A program made the translations under genes and the position numbers. 64,000 nucleotides of DNA from the NCBI GenBank assembly GCA_963745835.1, contig CAVUZH010000003.1, forward strand, positions 640,001 to 704,000, given 5' to 3'. Positions 9,290 through 19,322 of the stretch are shown here, piece by piece; the stretch's first letter is position 1; each line of letters opens with the position of its first letter. Under the pieces are notes generated by a model. That model saw only the letters and a program-made list of their open reading frames with translations. It was not told the DNA's origin and ran no database searches. This stretch comes from an uncultured delta proteobacterium (GTDB lineage: Bacteria; Desulfobacterota; Binatia; UBA9968).

Positions 9290-10807
9290 ATGAACCGACG
9301 ATCGATAGCCGTTGTCCTTCTCGCCGTCTTCGTCATTGCCGCTCCGAAACAACTGCTTCAGGCGGCAGAGACGCGCATCTCCATCGGCGTTACCGAAACC
9401 ATGGATACCTTCAATCCGTACGCTGACAGTGTTTCGCTGATGTATAGCGTTTGGTGCCAGGTGTTGGGTTGTCTCGGCACGTATGATTTCGATAAAGGCC
9501 AGCCGGTTGGCTTATTGGTTGATCGTTGGGAAGTTAAGGATCCCAACAACTGGATTTTTCACCTGCGCAAGGATATCAAATTTCACAACGGTGCGCCGCT
9601 CTCCGCCGAGGATGTCGTGCATTCAATCAATCGAATTCGCACCGATCCGTTAAGCAAGCAGCGCCAGAACATCGCAGCCATCGCCAGCGAGACGGTCATC
9701 GATAAGCACACTGTGAAAATTACCACTAAGGAGCCGACCGCTCCGCTGCTCGATTATCTATTCGATCGGATCATGATTACCAACAAGGCGATCTACGACA
9801 AATACGGTCCGGAGATTGCTGATCGCCAACATCCAGTAGGCGCCGGTCCGTTCAAGTTTCGCGAGCTAATTCCCGGGCAGCGGCTGGTGATCGGCAAAGA
9901 TCCCAGCCATCCCATTTGGAAACAATACAAACAGGCTCCTGACGAAATTGTTTTTCGCATCATGCGGGAGCCCGAACAGCGGGTTACCGCCTTGCTCAAT
10001 AACGAAATCCAGATCGCGCAGTTCGTGCCGCCTCATTTACGGGAGCGAGTCGAGAGAAGCCCTAATCATAAGATCACCACTTTTCATACCGCAGAAATCA
10101 TGTTTTTGGGAATGATGCCGAAGGTCAAACCTTGGGATAACAAGCTGGTGCGCCAGGCGGTGGCTTATGCGATCGATAGGGACACTCTCATCAAGACGAT
10201 CCTCCGCGGAGAAGCGTCGCGGCTCGATGGACCTATCGGTGTCGGGCAATACGGCTACGATCCCAATCTGCAACCGAAGTACACCTACAACCCGGAAAAA
10301 GCCAAGGAGCTGCTAAAGCAAGCGGGTTATCCCAACGGAGTCGATGTAGAACTGCAAACTCCCGTAGGGCGATACACGTTGGACAAACAGCTGACTGAGG
10401 CGATGGTGCCGATGCTCAACGCGGTAGGCATCAGGACCAAGCTTTTGACCCCGGAATGGGCGACGCTCTGGGCCAACGTGCAAAATGGCAAGGTGCCGTT
10501 CTATTACATGGGTCGCGGCGGTGTGGTTGACCCTAGCGCCGCCTTATCCCAATATTTTGAAACCGGAGGATCGCCTCGTATTGGATATTCGAATCCGAAG
10601 GTGGACGAACTACTCTCGGCGGAGCGGCAAGCCTTCGATCCAGCGAAACGCAAGAAGGTTCTCGCCCAAGTGATGAGCCTCATTACGGAAGAAGTACCGG
10701 CGCATTTTCTCTGGCGTCACCAGTTGCTGTTCGGCATGGCTAAAAATATCGACTATCGGCCGTTACCGAGCGAGCGTATCTATGGATGGAATATGAAAGT
10801 GAAGTAG
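9290..10807 (+). CDS. ABC substrate-binding protein, family 5 (DppA/OppA-like)
   Basis: Signal peptide; F.LRKDIKFHNG.PL.AEDV, PVGAGPF, VRQAVAYAIDR, YNPEKAKELLKQAG. Confidence 0.9.
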   Translation: MNRRSIAVVLLAVFVIAAPKQLLQAAETRISIGVTETMDTFNPYADSVSLMYSVWCQVLGCLGTYDFDKGQPVGLLVDRWEVKDPNNWIFHLRKDIKFHNGAPLSAEDVVHSINRIRTDPLSKQRQNIAAIASETVIDKHTVKITTKEPTAPLLDYLFDRIMITNKAIYDKYGPEIADRQHPVGAGPFKFRELIPGQRLVIGKDPSHPIWKQYKQAPDEIVFRIMREPEQRVTALLNNEIQIAQFVPPHLRERVERSPNHKITTFHTAEIMFLGMMPKVKPWDNKLVRQAVAYAIDRDTLIKTILRGEASRLDGPIGVGQYGYDPNLQPKYTYNPEKAKELLKQAGYPNGVDVELQTPVGRYTLDKQLTEAMVPMLNAVGIRTKLLTPEWATLWANVQNGKVPFYYMGRGGVVDPSAALSQYFETGGSPRIGYSNPKVDELLSAERQAFDPAKRKKVLAQVMSLITEEVPAHFLWRHQLLFGMAKNIDYRPLPSERIYGWNMKVK

Positions 10808-11053
10808 AAGATGTAGGGCCGGCCAGCCGATCCGTATACCAAACCGATGTGCTCGGGCAATCACCATCGCCTCTTAGACAAGGTGCACATTGTCTCATGA
10901 GCCTAATCCGATGCATCTTCGTATTTCAGCTTTCTTCACGCCGAGTAAATCCCCTGCGTTGACAGTCCAGTCGCGTTCGTCTAGGAATCAGACTATAATT
11001 TTTGCTCGAATCCGATCACCGGAATCACATGCAATACTTGGAAGGAGTTTTTG

Positions 11054-12073
11054 ATGGCGCAAGGTAGAGTGGGTTACGCACTCGGGTACGGCAAGTTTAC
11101 CAATGTCAGAGAGATGGCCGAGGTCATGCAGCAGGCTGAGGATCGCGGCTTTGAGATGGCTTTTTTCTCGGAGACCATCGAGTTGATGCGCGACTCGGTG
11201 AGCTCGCTTGCCGCAATCGGCTTGGCGACGAAAAAGCTGAAGTTAGGAACTACTCAAATCGTTCGCTTGCGCGGTCCGGTAGTGATGGCGCAGTCGCTGG
11301 CGACATTGGATGAATTGACCGGCGGGCGCATGACCATCGCCCCTGGAGCATGCACTAAAAGCCATGCGCGCGTCCATGCTTTGCCTCAGGATGTCGGGGC
11401 GACGCCTACGGAGGTGCTAAGGGATTATGTCGAATCGATTCGCTTGCTGCTCAAAGGCGAGAAGTGCTCGTACCACGGTAAGTATGTAAATTTTGATAAT
11501 GTCGGTTTGGGGTGGAAGCCGATCCGTTCAAACATTCCAATCTATCTTCCCGCCACCGCGACAGTTGGCTTGCGTTTGGCCGGAGAGATTGCCGACGGAG
11601 TTGTCCTCAACGCGGTGTGCTCACCGGAATACACCGTCAATGCGTTAAAAATTGTTAAGGATTCGGCGGAAAAGGCCGGGCGCGACTTTTCCCGCTTCCA
11701 AGTCGCGCAGATCATCAACTGTTCCGTGGAAGACGATCATAAAAAGGCTCTCGATGCGGTCAGATGGGAAGTTGCGACCAAGCTCGATCCGGTTCAGATT
11801 TCGTTTATCGCAGCGCCAAAAATGCGCGTCGGCGAGCCCTATATCAGAAAGGAAGACATTCCGCTTTTCGAGAAGGCACATGCCGAGGGCGGCATGGACG
11901 GGCTGATCAAGGCAATTCCAGATTCCTATGTGGAAGGCATGACCGCCAGCGGCACGCCGGACGAAGTACAAAAGCGAGTGCAGCAGTACCGTGACGCGGG
12001 TGTGCAAATCCCTCTCCTGAGACCGGCGGCGGCGCATCAAACCCAACGCTTGTTGGATTTGTTTGCGCAGTGA
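11054..12073 (+). CDS. LLM-class (luciferase-like) flavin/F420-dependent oxidoreductase
   Basis: AT.KLKLGT, A.SLATLDELTGGR, LAGEIADGV, GTPDEV..R...Y.DAG. Confidence 0.85.
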   Translation: MAQGRVGYALGYGKFTNVREMAEVMQQAEDRGFEMAFFSETIELMRDSVSSLAAIGLATKKLKLGTTQIVRLRGPVVMAQSLATLDELTGGRMTIAPGACTKSHARVHALPQDVGATPTEVLRDYVESIRLLLKGEKCSYHGKYVNFDNVGLGWKPIRSNIPIYLPATATVGLRLAGEIADGVVLNAVCSPEYTVNALKIVKDSAEKAGRDFSRFQVAQIINCSVEDDHKKALDAVRWEVATKLDPVQISFIAAPKMRVGEPYIRKEDIPLFEKAHAEGGMDGLIKAIPDSYVEGMTASGTPDEVQKRVQQYRDAGVQIPLLRPAAAHQTQRLLDLFAQ

Positions 12074-12165
12074 CAAGTCAATTCAGGTTCAATCTAAAAG
12101 GCAGGAAAGCTGCTCCTGAGCATTGGCTAAGCCAACGCTTGGGCAAGCAGCTTCTGTGTTGAGTT

Positions 12166-14241
12166 ATGTATCGGGTGGGCATCGATATTGGCGGCACGTT
12201 TACCGACATGCTGCTGGTGGGTGAAGACGGCACGGCGGTGATCGGCAAGACCTTAACCACTCCGGGCGATCCCAGCTTGGCGGTGGAGAATGCTCTCAAA
12301 CCGGCGCTGCAAACCGAGGCTGTAAACCCCCAACAACGCGGCACCTTGATTCATGGCACGACCTTGGTGACAAACGCGCTGATTGAGCGCAAAGGCGCGC
12401 CCACAGCCTTGCTTACCACATTGGGGTTCCGTGATGCCGTCGAGATCGGCCGCGAGCACCGTTATGAACTTTATGACTTAAATTTGGAATTGCCTAAACC
12501 GCTGGTGCCGCGCCACTTGCGCTTCGATGTCCCGGAACGGATCGCCGCCGACGGCAGTGTTCTGCAGCCGCTCGATGAAGACTTCGTGCGCCGGCTGGTC
12601 GCAGAGTTGCGCGACAAAGGAGTCAAAGCCATCGGTATCAGCTATCTCAATAGCTACCGCAATCCGGCCCACGAACGCCGTACCGGGGAAATCGTTGCAG
12701 AAGTCGCGCCGCAAATCCGCGTCTCGCTCAGCTCAGAAGTCGTTGCTGAAATCCGCGAATTCCAGCGCACCAGCACGACACTGGCAAATGTTTACGTCCA
12801 GGAGCGAGTGTCGGATTATCTCGCGCAATTGGAGGCGCGGTTAAAGGCGATCGGTTTTAGTGGAAGCTTCTTTGTGATGCTCTCGAGCGGCGGGATCGCA
12901 ACCCGAGATACTGCGTCACGTTTCCCGGTGCGGCTGCTTGAATCCGGCCCGGCGGCAGGCGCACTCGCTGCGGCGCAGGCCGGCATGCTTTCCGGTCACC
13001 GAGATTTGCTATCGTTTGATATGGGTGGCACCACCGCGAAGCTTTGTGTGATTGAGGATGGCCGGCCGCTCAAGACTCATGAATTCGAGGTGGATCGGGT
13101 TTATCGTTTCAGAAAAGGCAGCGGGCTACCTGTGCGCATTCCGGTGATAGATATGATCGAGATCGGCGCCGGCGGCGGCAGTATGGCGCGAATCGATTCT
13201 CTCGGGCTTCTGAAAGTGGGTCCGGAAAGTTCCGGCGCCGATCCGGGGCCGGTCTGTTACGGACAAGGCGGCACCGAACCAACGGTTACCGATGCGGATC
13301 TGATTCTCGGCTACCTTGATGCGCGCTATTTTCTCGGCGGTAAGATGCAGCTGGACGTCGATGCCGCGCGCAACGCTCTTGGGCGATTTGGCCGGCGACT
13401 CGGTATGACAGTGGAACAAGTCGCCTGGGGCATTCATCAAATTGTCAATGAGAATATGGCCAATGCAGCGCGCGCCCATTTAGGAGAAAGGGGCAAAGAT
13501 CCGCGCCGGCTGCCGATGTACGCGTTCGGTGGCGCCGGCCCGGTTCATGGCTATGGTGTGGCCGAGATCCTCCGGCTGCCGGCGCTGATTTCTCCGGTCG
13601 GCGCAGGGGTGGGATCGACGTTCGGTTTACTCGCCGCGCCGCTAGCTTTCGATTTTGTCCGCAGTGCATACAGTCGTTTGGACGAGCTAGACTGGCAATT
13701 CGCTAACAGCTTGCTCAACGAAATGGCGGCAGAGGGGCGAAAAGTATTGGAAAGCTCTGGACTGTCGGAAGAAGATATCTCGTACCAACGTACTGCAGAC
13801 ATGCGTTATGTGGGGCAGGGGCACGAAGTCTCGGTGTCTCTGCCGGATGGGACGTTGGGGGTGAAGCATTTGGAGACAGTCATTGCGACATTCGAAAACA
13901 CCTACCAAGCGCTGTACGGCCGCAAAGGACCTGACGTGCCGCTCGAAATCATTAATTGGCGCGTGGTTGCCCGGGGCCCGCAACCGCAACTGAATATGAA
14001 GTTGCAGCGCGAATCAACGAAAGCGGGCAATGCCATCAAGGGAGCGCGCCCAGCCTACTTTTCTGCGCGCGGTTATAGCGAAACTCAGGTCTATGACCGT
14101 TATGCCCTGAAGCCAGGAATGACGTTTGCCGGACCCGCGATCGTCGAGGAACGCGAGTCCACTTTGATCATCGGTGCGCGGGGACGCGCTCGGGTGGACG
14201 AGCGACTGCAGATCGTGGTGGAATTAACTAATGAAGGATAA
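12166..14241 (+). CDS. hydantoinase/oxoprolinase subunit A (HyuA-like)
   Basis: GIDIGGTFTD, HGTTLVTNA, ESGPAAG, DMGGTT, IGAGGGS, AFGGAGP.H. Confidence 0.92.
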   Translation: MYRVGIDIGGTFTDMLLVGEDGTAVIGKTLTTPGDPSLAVENALKPALQTEAVNPQQRGTLIHGTTLVTNALIERKGAPTALLTTLGFRDAVEIGREHRYELYDLNLELPKPLVPRHLRFDVPERIAADGSVLQPLDEDFVRRLVAELRDKGVKAIGISYLNSYRNPAHERRTGEIVAEVAPQIRVSLSSEVVAEIREFQRTSTTLANVYVQERVSDYLAQLEARLKAIGFSGSFFVMLSSGGIATRDTASRFPVRLLESGPAAGALAAAQAGMLSGHRDLLSFDMGGTTAKLCVIEDGRPLKTHEFEVDRVYRFRKGSGLPVRIPVIDMIEIGAGGGSMARIDSLGLLKVGPESSGADPGPVCYGQGGTEPTVTDADLILGYLDARYFLGGKMQLDVDAARNALGRFGRRLGMTVEQVAWGIHQIVNENMANAARAHLGERGKDPRRLPMYAFGGAGPVHGYGVAEILRLPALISPVGAGVGSTFGLLAAPLAFDFVRSAYSRLDELDWQFANSLLNEMAAEGRKVLESSGLSEEDISYQRTADMRYVGQGHEVSVSLPDGTLGVKHLETVIATFENTYQALYGRKGPDVPLEIINWRVVARGPQPQLNMKLQRESTKAGNAIKGARPAYFSARGYSETQVYDRYALKPGMTFAGPAIVEERESTLIIGARGRARVDERLQIVVELTNEG

Positions 14242-15961
14242 AACCATCGATCCGATCACTCTGGAGGTGATTTGGAATCGTTTTCTTTCGGTCGCAAACG
14301 AGCAGCAGGATGCGTTGATTCGTACCGCCTTCAGCACCATCGTGCGGGAAAGCCAGGACTTGGCGTGCGGCTTGTTCGACACCAAAGGGCGAATGATCGC
14401 GCAGTCTCTGAGCGGCACGCCGGGGCACATCAACGCAATGGCCACATCGATGCAGCACTTTCTCGCTGCTTTTCCAGCCGACCGGCTCTCCCCGGGCGAC
14501 GTTTTGATTACCAATGATCCATGGCAAACCGCTGGCCAGATCAACGACATCACGATTACCACGCCGGTGTTTAAGCAGGATCGCTTGGTCGCGTTGTTTG
14601 CGAATACCTGTCATAGCGCCGATATCGGCGGCCGGATACTTTCCGCTGAAGCACGCGAGGTTTTCGAAGAGGGGCTACGGATTCCGATTATGAAGTTGTT
14701 TGATCGGGGCGAGCCCAATCGGATACTGATGCAGATTGTTCGTACCAATGTACGACAGCCTGACGAAGTCATCGGTGATTTCTACGCGCAGACCGCCTGC
14801 AACGATGCCGGTGGCCGTGCGCTTCTTGAAATGATGGAAGAATTCGAGCTCGACAGCATCGACCGTGTCGCTGACGAGATCATCCGCCGTTCCGAGACTG
14901 CAGTGCGCGGGGAAATCGCTAAATTGCCAAGCGGCGAATGGAGCAACGAAACCTGGAGTGATGGTTTCGAAGAACCGATTGTGGTTCGCTGCCAGGTGAA
15001 GGTGAAGGGAGACGAGATCTTCATCGACTTCACCGGCTCTTCGCCGCAGAGCACCCGCGGCATTAACGTAGTGCTCAACTACACTCATGCTTACGCCAGT
15101 TTCGCCATCAAGGCGGCAATCTGTCCCGACGTGCCGCACAACGAAGGAAGTTTCCGGCCGGTGCATGTCAGCGCGCCACCGGGAAGTATTCTTAACGCAC
15201 TGGAGCCCGCGCCGGTGGCCAGCCGTCAAGTGATCGGTCACTTTATCCCCAGCGCGATTTTCGCGGCACTCTCGGGGGCGATGCCGGGGCGTTTGATGGC
15301 GCCGGGAGCCGATCCCATCTGGCTGAGCGTCTGGCGAGGTCAGAATCCGCCGTTTACCTTGACGCTGTTTCAAGTCGGCGGCACCGGCGCCCGTCCTTCA
15401 AAGGACGGCTTGAACGCAGTCGGTTTCCCCAGTGGCGTTGCCGGGGTTCCGGCTGAAATCATCGAAAGTCTCTCGCCAGTGGTTATGCGGCGCCGCCAGC
15501 TTCGTCCTGATTCGGGCGGCAGCGGCAAGTGGCGCGGCGGCCTCGGGCAGTTGACGGAGTTCACGCGCCATGGCGATGGCAAATGGAGTGTCAGTTCCAT
15601 CGCCGACCGAACGGTCTATCCTGCGCCCGGGCTCTTGGGTGGGCAGGCCGGAGCTACCGGAGAGGTTTTTTTGGGCGATGGAACGCGTCTTCACGCAAAA
15701 GCGCTTGTCGATCTCAAACCGGGCGATGTCGTTCACATCAACTTACCCGGCGGCGGCGGCTATGGCCATCCGTTCGAGCGCGATGCTGAAAAAGTGCGCT
15801 GGGACGTGATCGAAGGCTACATCACGGCCGAAGAGGCAGAGCGAGAATACGGTGTGGTAATTCGTTACAACGGTAATCTCGATGAATTAGTAAAGTTGCC
15901 CGACCGATGGCAGATCGATCGCAATGGAACTGCGGAGCTACGGCAAGCCAAGCGCGCCTAG
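14231..15961 (+). CDS. hydantoinase/oxoprolinase subunit B (HyuB-like)
   Basis: RTAFSTIVRE..D, TNDPW, H.ADIGG, FEEGLRIP, DSGG.G..RGGLG, PGGGGYG.P.ERD; overlaps the A subunit. Confidence 0.92.
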   Translation: MKDKTIDPITLEVIWNRFLSVANEQQDALIRTAFSTIVRESQDLACGLFDTKGRMIAQSLSGTPGHINAMATSMQHFLAAFPADRLSPGDVLITNDPWQTAGQINDITITTPVFKQDRLVALFANTCHSADIGGRILSAEAREVFEEGLRIPIMKLFDRGEPNRILMQIVRTNVRQPDEVIGDFYAQTACNDAGGRALLEMMEEFELDSIDRVADEIIRRSETAVRGEIAKLPSGEWSNETWSDGFEEPIVVRCQVKVKGDEIFIDFTGSSPQSTRGINVVLNYTHAYASFAIKAAICPDVPHNEGSFRPVHVSAPPGSILNALEPAPVASRQVIGHFIPSAIFAALSGAMPGRLMAPGADPIWLSVWRGQNPPFTLTLFQVGGTGARPSKDGLNAVGFPSGVAGVPAEIIESLSPVVMRRRQLRPDSGGSGKWRGGLGQLTEFTRHGDGKWSVSSIADRTVYPAPGLLGGQAGATGEVFLGDGTRLHAKALVDLKPGDVVHINLPGGGGYGHPFERDAEKVRWDVIEGYITAEEAEREYGVVIRYNGNLDELVKLPDRWQIDRNGTAELRQAKRA

Positions 15962-15968
15962 CGGCGCG

Positions 15969-16035
15969 CATCTCAATTCCAGAATCTCGGATAGAGCGGC
16001 CCGTTGAGATGTGAGATCTGCAGTTTGAGATTCTG
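15969..16035. repeat. REP-like imperfect palindrome built from (T)GAGAT/ATCTC(A) units
   Basis: CATCTCAA (15969) / TTGAGATG (16004) and CAGAATCTC (15980) / GAGATTCTG (16027). Confidence 0.45.
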
Positions 16036-16049
16036 AGCGGAGCGAAGAT

Positions 16050-16817
16050 ATGGAACTTCACGGCCGAGTAGCTCTGGTGACCGGCGGCGCCGGCGGAATC
16101 GGCGGCGCGGTGGCGCGTAGCTTAGCAAACGCCGGTTTGAGTGGAATGGTGGTCAATTATCGCAGTTCCGGGAAAGAAGCCGAGGCATTGGTCGGTGAGA
16201 TTGAAAGTCATGGCGTCAAGGCCGTTGCCATCCGAGCCGATATCAAATCGGACGATGAGATCCGTCGTATGGTCAGCAGGATCAAGAACGACTTCGGCCG
16301 GCTCGATGTTCTGGTCAACAACGCCGGCATAACGCACTGGGTTAAGTTGGCAAACTTAGAGGGTTTAACCGATGCGATCTGGGATGAAATTCTGGACGTC
16401 AACGTGAAAGGCTCATTTCGTTGTGCACGGGCCGCTGCCCAGATGCTGTCCGAGAATCAAGGGATGATTATCAATATATCGTCGATCTCTGGCGTGCTGG
16501 CTACTTCAACGATTTCTTCGTTAGCATATGGAACCGCCAAAGCGGCTTTGATCTACATGACCAAAGGCCTGGCCGTCGCGATGGCGCCGCGAGTCAGGGT
16601 CAATTGCGTAGCGCCGGCGTTTACCGATACGCCCTGGATGAGCCAGCACTTTGGCGCCGATTACCAACAGGTGATCGCCAACGCATCAGCAGGATATCCG
16701 CTGCAACGCATCGCTACTCCCGAGGATATTGCCGGCGCAGTGCTCGGCTTGATTACCGGCGGCGATTTCGTGACCGGCCAGACCTTGATCGTCGATGGCG
16801 GGTTGAGCTTGAGTTAG
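16050..16817 (+). CDS. short-chain dehydrogenase/reductase (FabG-like)
   Basis: TGGAGGIG, NNAG, S...YGTAK catalytic motif, VTGQTL.VDGG. Confidence 0.92.
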   Translation: MELHGRVALVTGGAGGIGGAVARSLANAGLSGMVVNYRSSGKEAEALVGEIESHGVKAVAIRADIKSDDEIRRMVSRIKNDFGRLDVLVNNAGITHWVKLANLEGLTDAIWDEILDVNVKGSFRCARAAAQMLSENQGMIINISSISGVLATSTISSLAYGTAKAALIYMTKGLAVAMAPRVRVNCVAPAFTDTPWMSQHFGADYQQVIANASAGYPLQRIATPEDIAGAVLGLITGGDFVTGQTLIVDGGLSLS

Positions 16818-16830
16818 GGACACAGAATTC

Positions 16831-17475
16831 ATGGCAAGAGCTGGGTTGATTCACGAGTTGCACAACAGTCGACTGGTTGCCGTTCTTCGCTCCCAAACCG
16901 CCGAAGAAGCGATGCTTACGGCCAAGTCTGCCGCAAGCGCCGGAGTAAAATTTGTCGAGGTCACTTTGAGTGTTCCGGGAGCTTTAGAAGTCATCGCGGC
17001 GTTGGCTAGGGAAAGCACAGTCCACGTCGGCGCAGGAACGGTGCTGTCGAAGAAACACGCTGAAGCGGCGATTACCGCCGGGGCGCAGTTCGTGGTATCG
17101 CCATCATCGGAACTCGATCTGATTGCCATTTGTCACGGGTCCGATGTTGCTTGTTATCCAGGAGCGGCGACGCCGACCGAAATCTATGCCGCCGCGCGTG
17201 CCGGCGCCGATCTAGTTAAAATATTTCCCGCGGATTGCCTTGGTGGGCCGAACTTTATCCGTCAGATGGCCGGACCTTTTCCCGAAATTCGTTTCATGGT
17301 GTCGGGCGGAGTGAGTCTTACAAATGTGAAGGAATATGTTCATGCCGGCGTGACCGGCATTTGTCTTGGCAGCGCTTTTCTCGCCAACACGTTAGCGGAG
17401 CAGGGCGAACGTGGCTTGGTGAACGAGATGAAGGAGTTCGTCAAGTTTATCGCTCGAGCCAAATCGCAGAAGTAA
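16831..17475 (+). CDS. eda: KDPG/KHG aldolase (Eda family)
   Basis: VAVLR, EVTL, VGAGTVL, GAQFVVSP, PGAATPTE, VKIFPA, SGGV. Confidence 0.85.
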   Translation: MARAGLIHELHNSRLVAVLRSQTAEEAMLTAKSAASAGVKFVEVTLSVPGALEVIAALARESTVHVGAGTVLSKKHAEAAITAGAQFVVSPSSELDLIAICHGSDVACYPGAATPTEIYAAARAGADLVKIFPADCLGGPNFIRQMAGPFPEIRFMVSGGVSLTNVKEYVHAGVTGICLGSAFLANTLAEQGERGLVNEMKEFVKFIARAKSQK

Positions 17476-17480
17476 CAATC

Positions 17481-18470
17481 ATGGCAAACATACAACTGAC
17501 CCTAGCGTGCGAGGACTATGATCGGACCCGGCCAATCAAAGATGGACGCATCAAGCCCGAAGGTATCGAGATTAACTACCTCGCGATGTCGGTGGAAGAA
17601 ATATTCTGGCGTATGATGAAGTACGAGGAGTTTGATGTTTCAGAGCTGTCGATGGGGGCTTTTTTGACGGCGGCGGCGCGCGGACGACGCCCATTCGTAG
17701 CCATACCGGTATTTCCCTCGCGGACCTTTCGCCATCGCTGCATTTTCATCAACACGGCATCCGGGATCGGCCGACCGGAAGAACTGCGCGGCAAACGGAT
17801 GGGGGTTCCTGAATACAGCATGACGGCTGCGGTGTGGTTGCGCGGGTTGTTCGAGCATGAATACGGTATTCCGCCCAGTGAAATTCATTGGATTCAAGCG
17901 GGTGAGGAACAGCCGGGCCGTAAGGATCGGGTCGATTTCGAAATGCCACCCGGAGTTCGGATGGACAGTAAAAGCGACCGAACCTTGAACGAGATGATCG
18001 TCAGCGGTGAAATCGACGCGATGATGTCGCCACGTATGCCGACCTGCTTTCTTGAAGGCGCGCCGAATGTGCGCCGACTGTTTCCCAACTATCGCCAGGC
18101 CGAGATGGACTACTTTGCCAAGACCGGCTTGTTTCCGATCATGCATGTCATTGTGATCAGGCGGGCAATCTATGAAAAGGATCCGTGGGTGGCCCAAACA
18201 CTCTATAAAGCGTTTTGTGAAGCTAAGGATCTGTGCATGCGAGAGCTTTATGACACCAATATTCTGCGTGTCAGCTTGCCATGGACTTCGGCGGAATATG
18301 AAGATACCCGCGATTTGATGACGGCGGATTACTGGCCTTATGGGTTGACCCCGAATCGAATGAACTTGGAAACCCTGCACAATTATCTTTATGAGCAGGG
18401 ATTGATCAAGCAGAAATTGAATCTCGACGAACTGTTTGCGCGCGAAACGCGCGAGGCATTTAAAATTTAG
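17481..18470 (+). CDS. 4,5-dihydroxyphthalate decarboxylase-like (Pht5; periplasmic-binding fold)
   Basis: LAC.DYDRT, FDVSELS, PVFPSR.FRH, PEYSMTAAVW.RG, FPIMH, YWPYG..N; no signal peptide. Confidence 0.8.
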   Translation: MANIQLTLACEDYDRTRPIKDGRIKPEGIEINYLAMSVEEIFWRMMKYEEFDVSELSMGAFLTAAARGRRPFVAIPVFPSRTFRHRCIFINTASGIGRPEELRGKRMGVPEYSMTAAVWLRGLFEHEYGIPPSEIHWIQAGEEQPGRKDRVDFEMPPGVRMDSKSDRTLNEMIVSGEIDAMMSPRMPTCFLEGAPNVRRLFPNYRQAEMDYFAKTGLFPIMHVIVIRRAIYEKDPWVAQTLYKAFCEAKDLCMRELYDTNILRVSLPWTSAEYEDTRDLMTADYWPYGLTPNRMNLETLHNYLYEQGLIKQKLNLDELFARETREAFKI

Positions 18471-18530
18471 CCTTTCTTGCAACTTTCCTGCGGCTGATCC
18501 TGCCTGTGCGCATTCTCACTGGCAGCGCCT

Positions 18531-19316
18531 TTATCGGTATCCTCTCATACCCCAAGGTGTAAAAACCATGATCTGCGTTGGGCTCGGCAGTGCCTCTTTG
18601 CTGAAGGCATGGCTATGATTAGGCAAATACCTATTGGGAAATCCTTTCACGAACATGTCTAAAAGCGCTGTGCTTTCGCGGTAGTGCATCGGGATTGCCA
18701 CTTTGGGTTTGAGTTGCTGCAAAACCTCGCGCGCCGTGTCCGGCGGCATAGTAAAACTGCCACCGATAGGAATCATCGCGATGTCCACTTTGCCGAAAGC
18801 CTTAATTTGCTCCGCGGTTAGCTTGTGCGCCAAATCGCCTAAGTGAGCGATGCACAGTGTGCCGAGGTCGAAGACGAAGGCAGCCCCTTTAAGAGCGTTG
18901 CCGAGTTGCTGCTGGTAAACCGGCACTGTGTAAATCAAAACGTCACGCACGGTCGTGCTGATCTTGTTCCATTCGGCGCCATAATTTCCCAAGCCACGCA
19001 GGACGACGGGGTTTCCTTTGGCAATCTCAACGTAGTTATGATTTGGATGTTCTCGCCCGACGGTGATCGCGTGAGGGCTGATGTCGGGCGTTGGGTACAT
19101 CCCCGGAGCGATGGGGTCCGTGATGATTTTTGTTCCCTTTGCCGTCGTAATCTGGAAGAAATTGTGGCCATAGAACTCGACGACGGCATCGGCTCCAGCG
19201 GCGTGAGCCGATCGTGTGAAGCCACCGGCGACATCGAGCTCTCGACAGGCGGCATACGCCGGACCGAGTAAAAGTAGCACGAACAGCGGCGCCAGCAGAA
19301 CCGATCGTGTTCTCAT
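18531..19316 (-). CDS. secreted metallo-beta-lactamase-fold protein (degenerate metal motif)
   Basis: YGH..F.I, TDP, GREHPNHN in place of SHxHxDH, HLGDL, PIGG.FTM, IPMHY; signal peptide. Confidence 0.75.
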   Translation of the reverse strand: MRTRSVLLAPLFVLLLLGPAYAACRELDVAGGFTRSAHAAGADAVVEFYGHNFFQITTAKGTKIITDPIAPGMYPTPDISPHAITVGREHPNHNYVEIAKGNPVVLRGLGNYGAEWNKISTTVRDVLIYTVPVYQQQLGNALKGAAFVFDLGTLCIAHLGDLAHKLTAEQIKAFGKVDIAMIPIGGSFTMPPDTAREVLQQLKPKVAIPMHYRESTALLDMFVKGFPNRYLPNHSHAFSKEALPSPTQIMVFTPWGMRGYR

Positions 19317-19322
19317 AAGACG

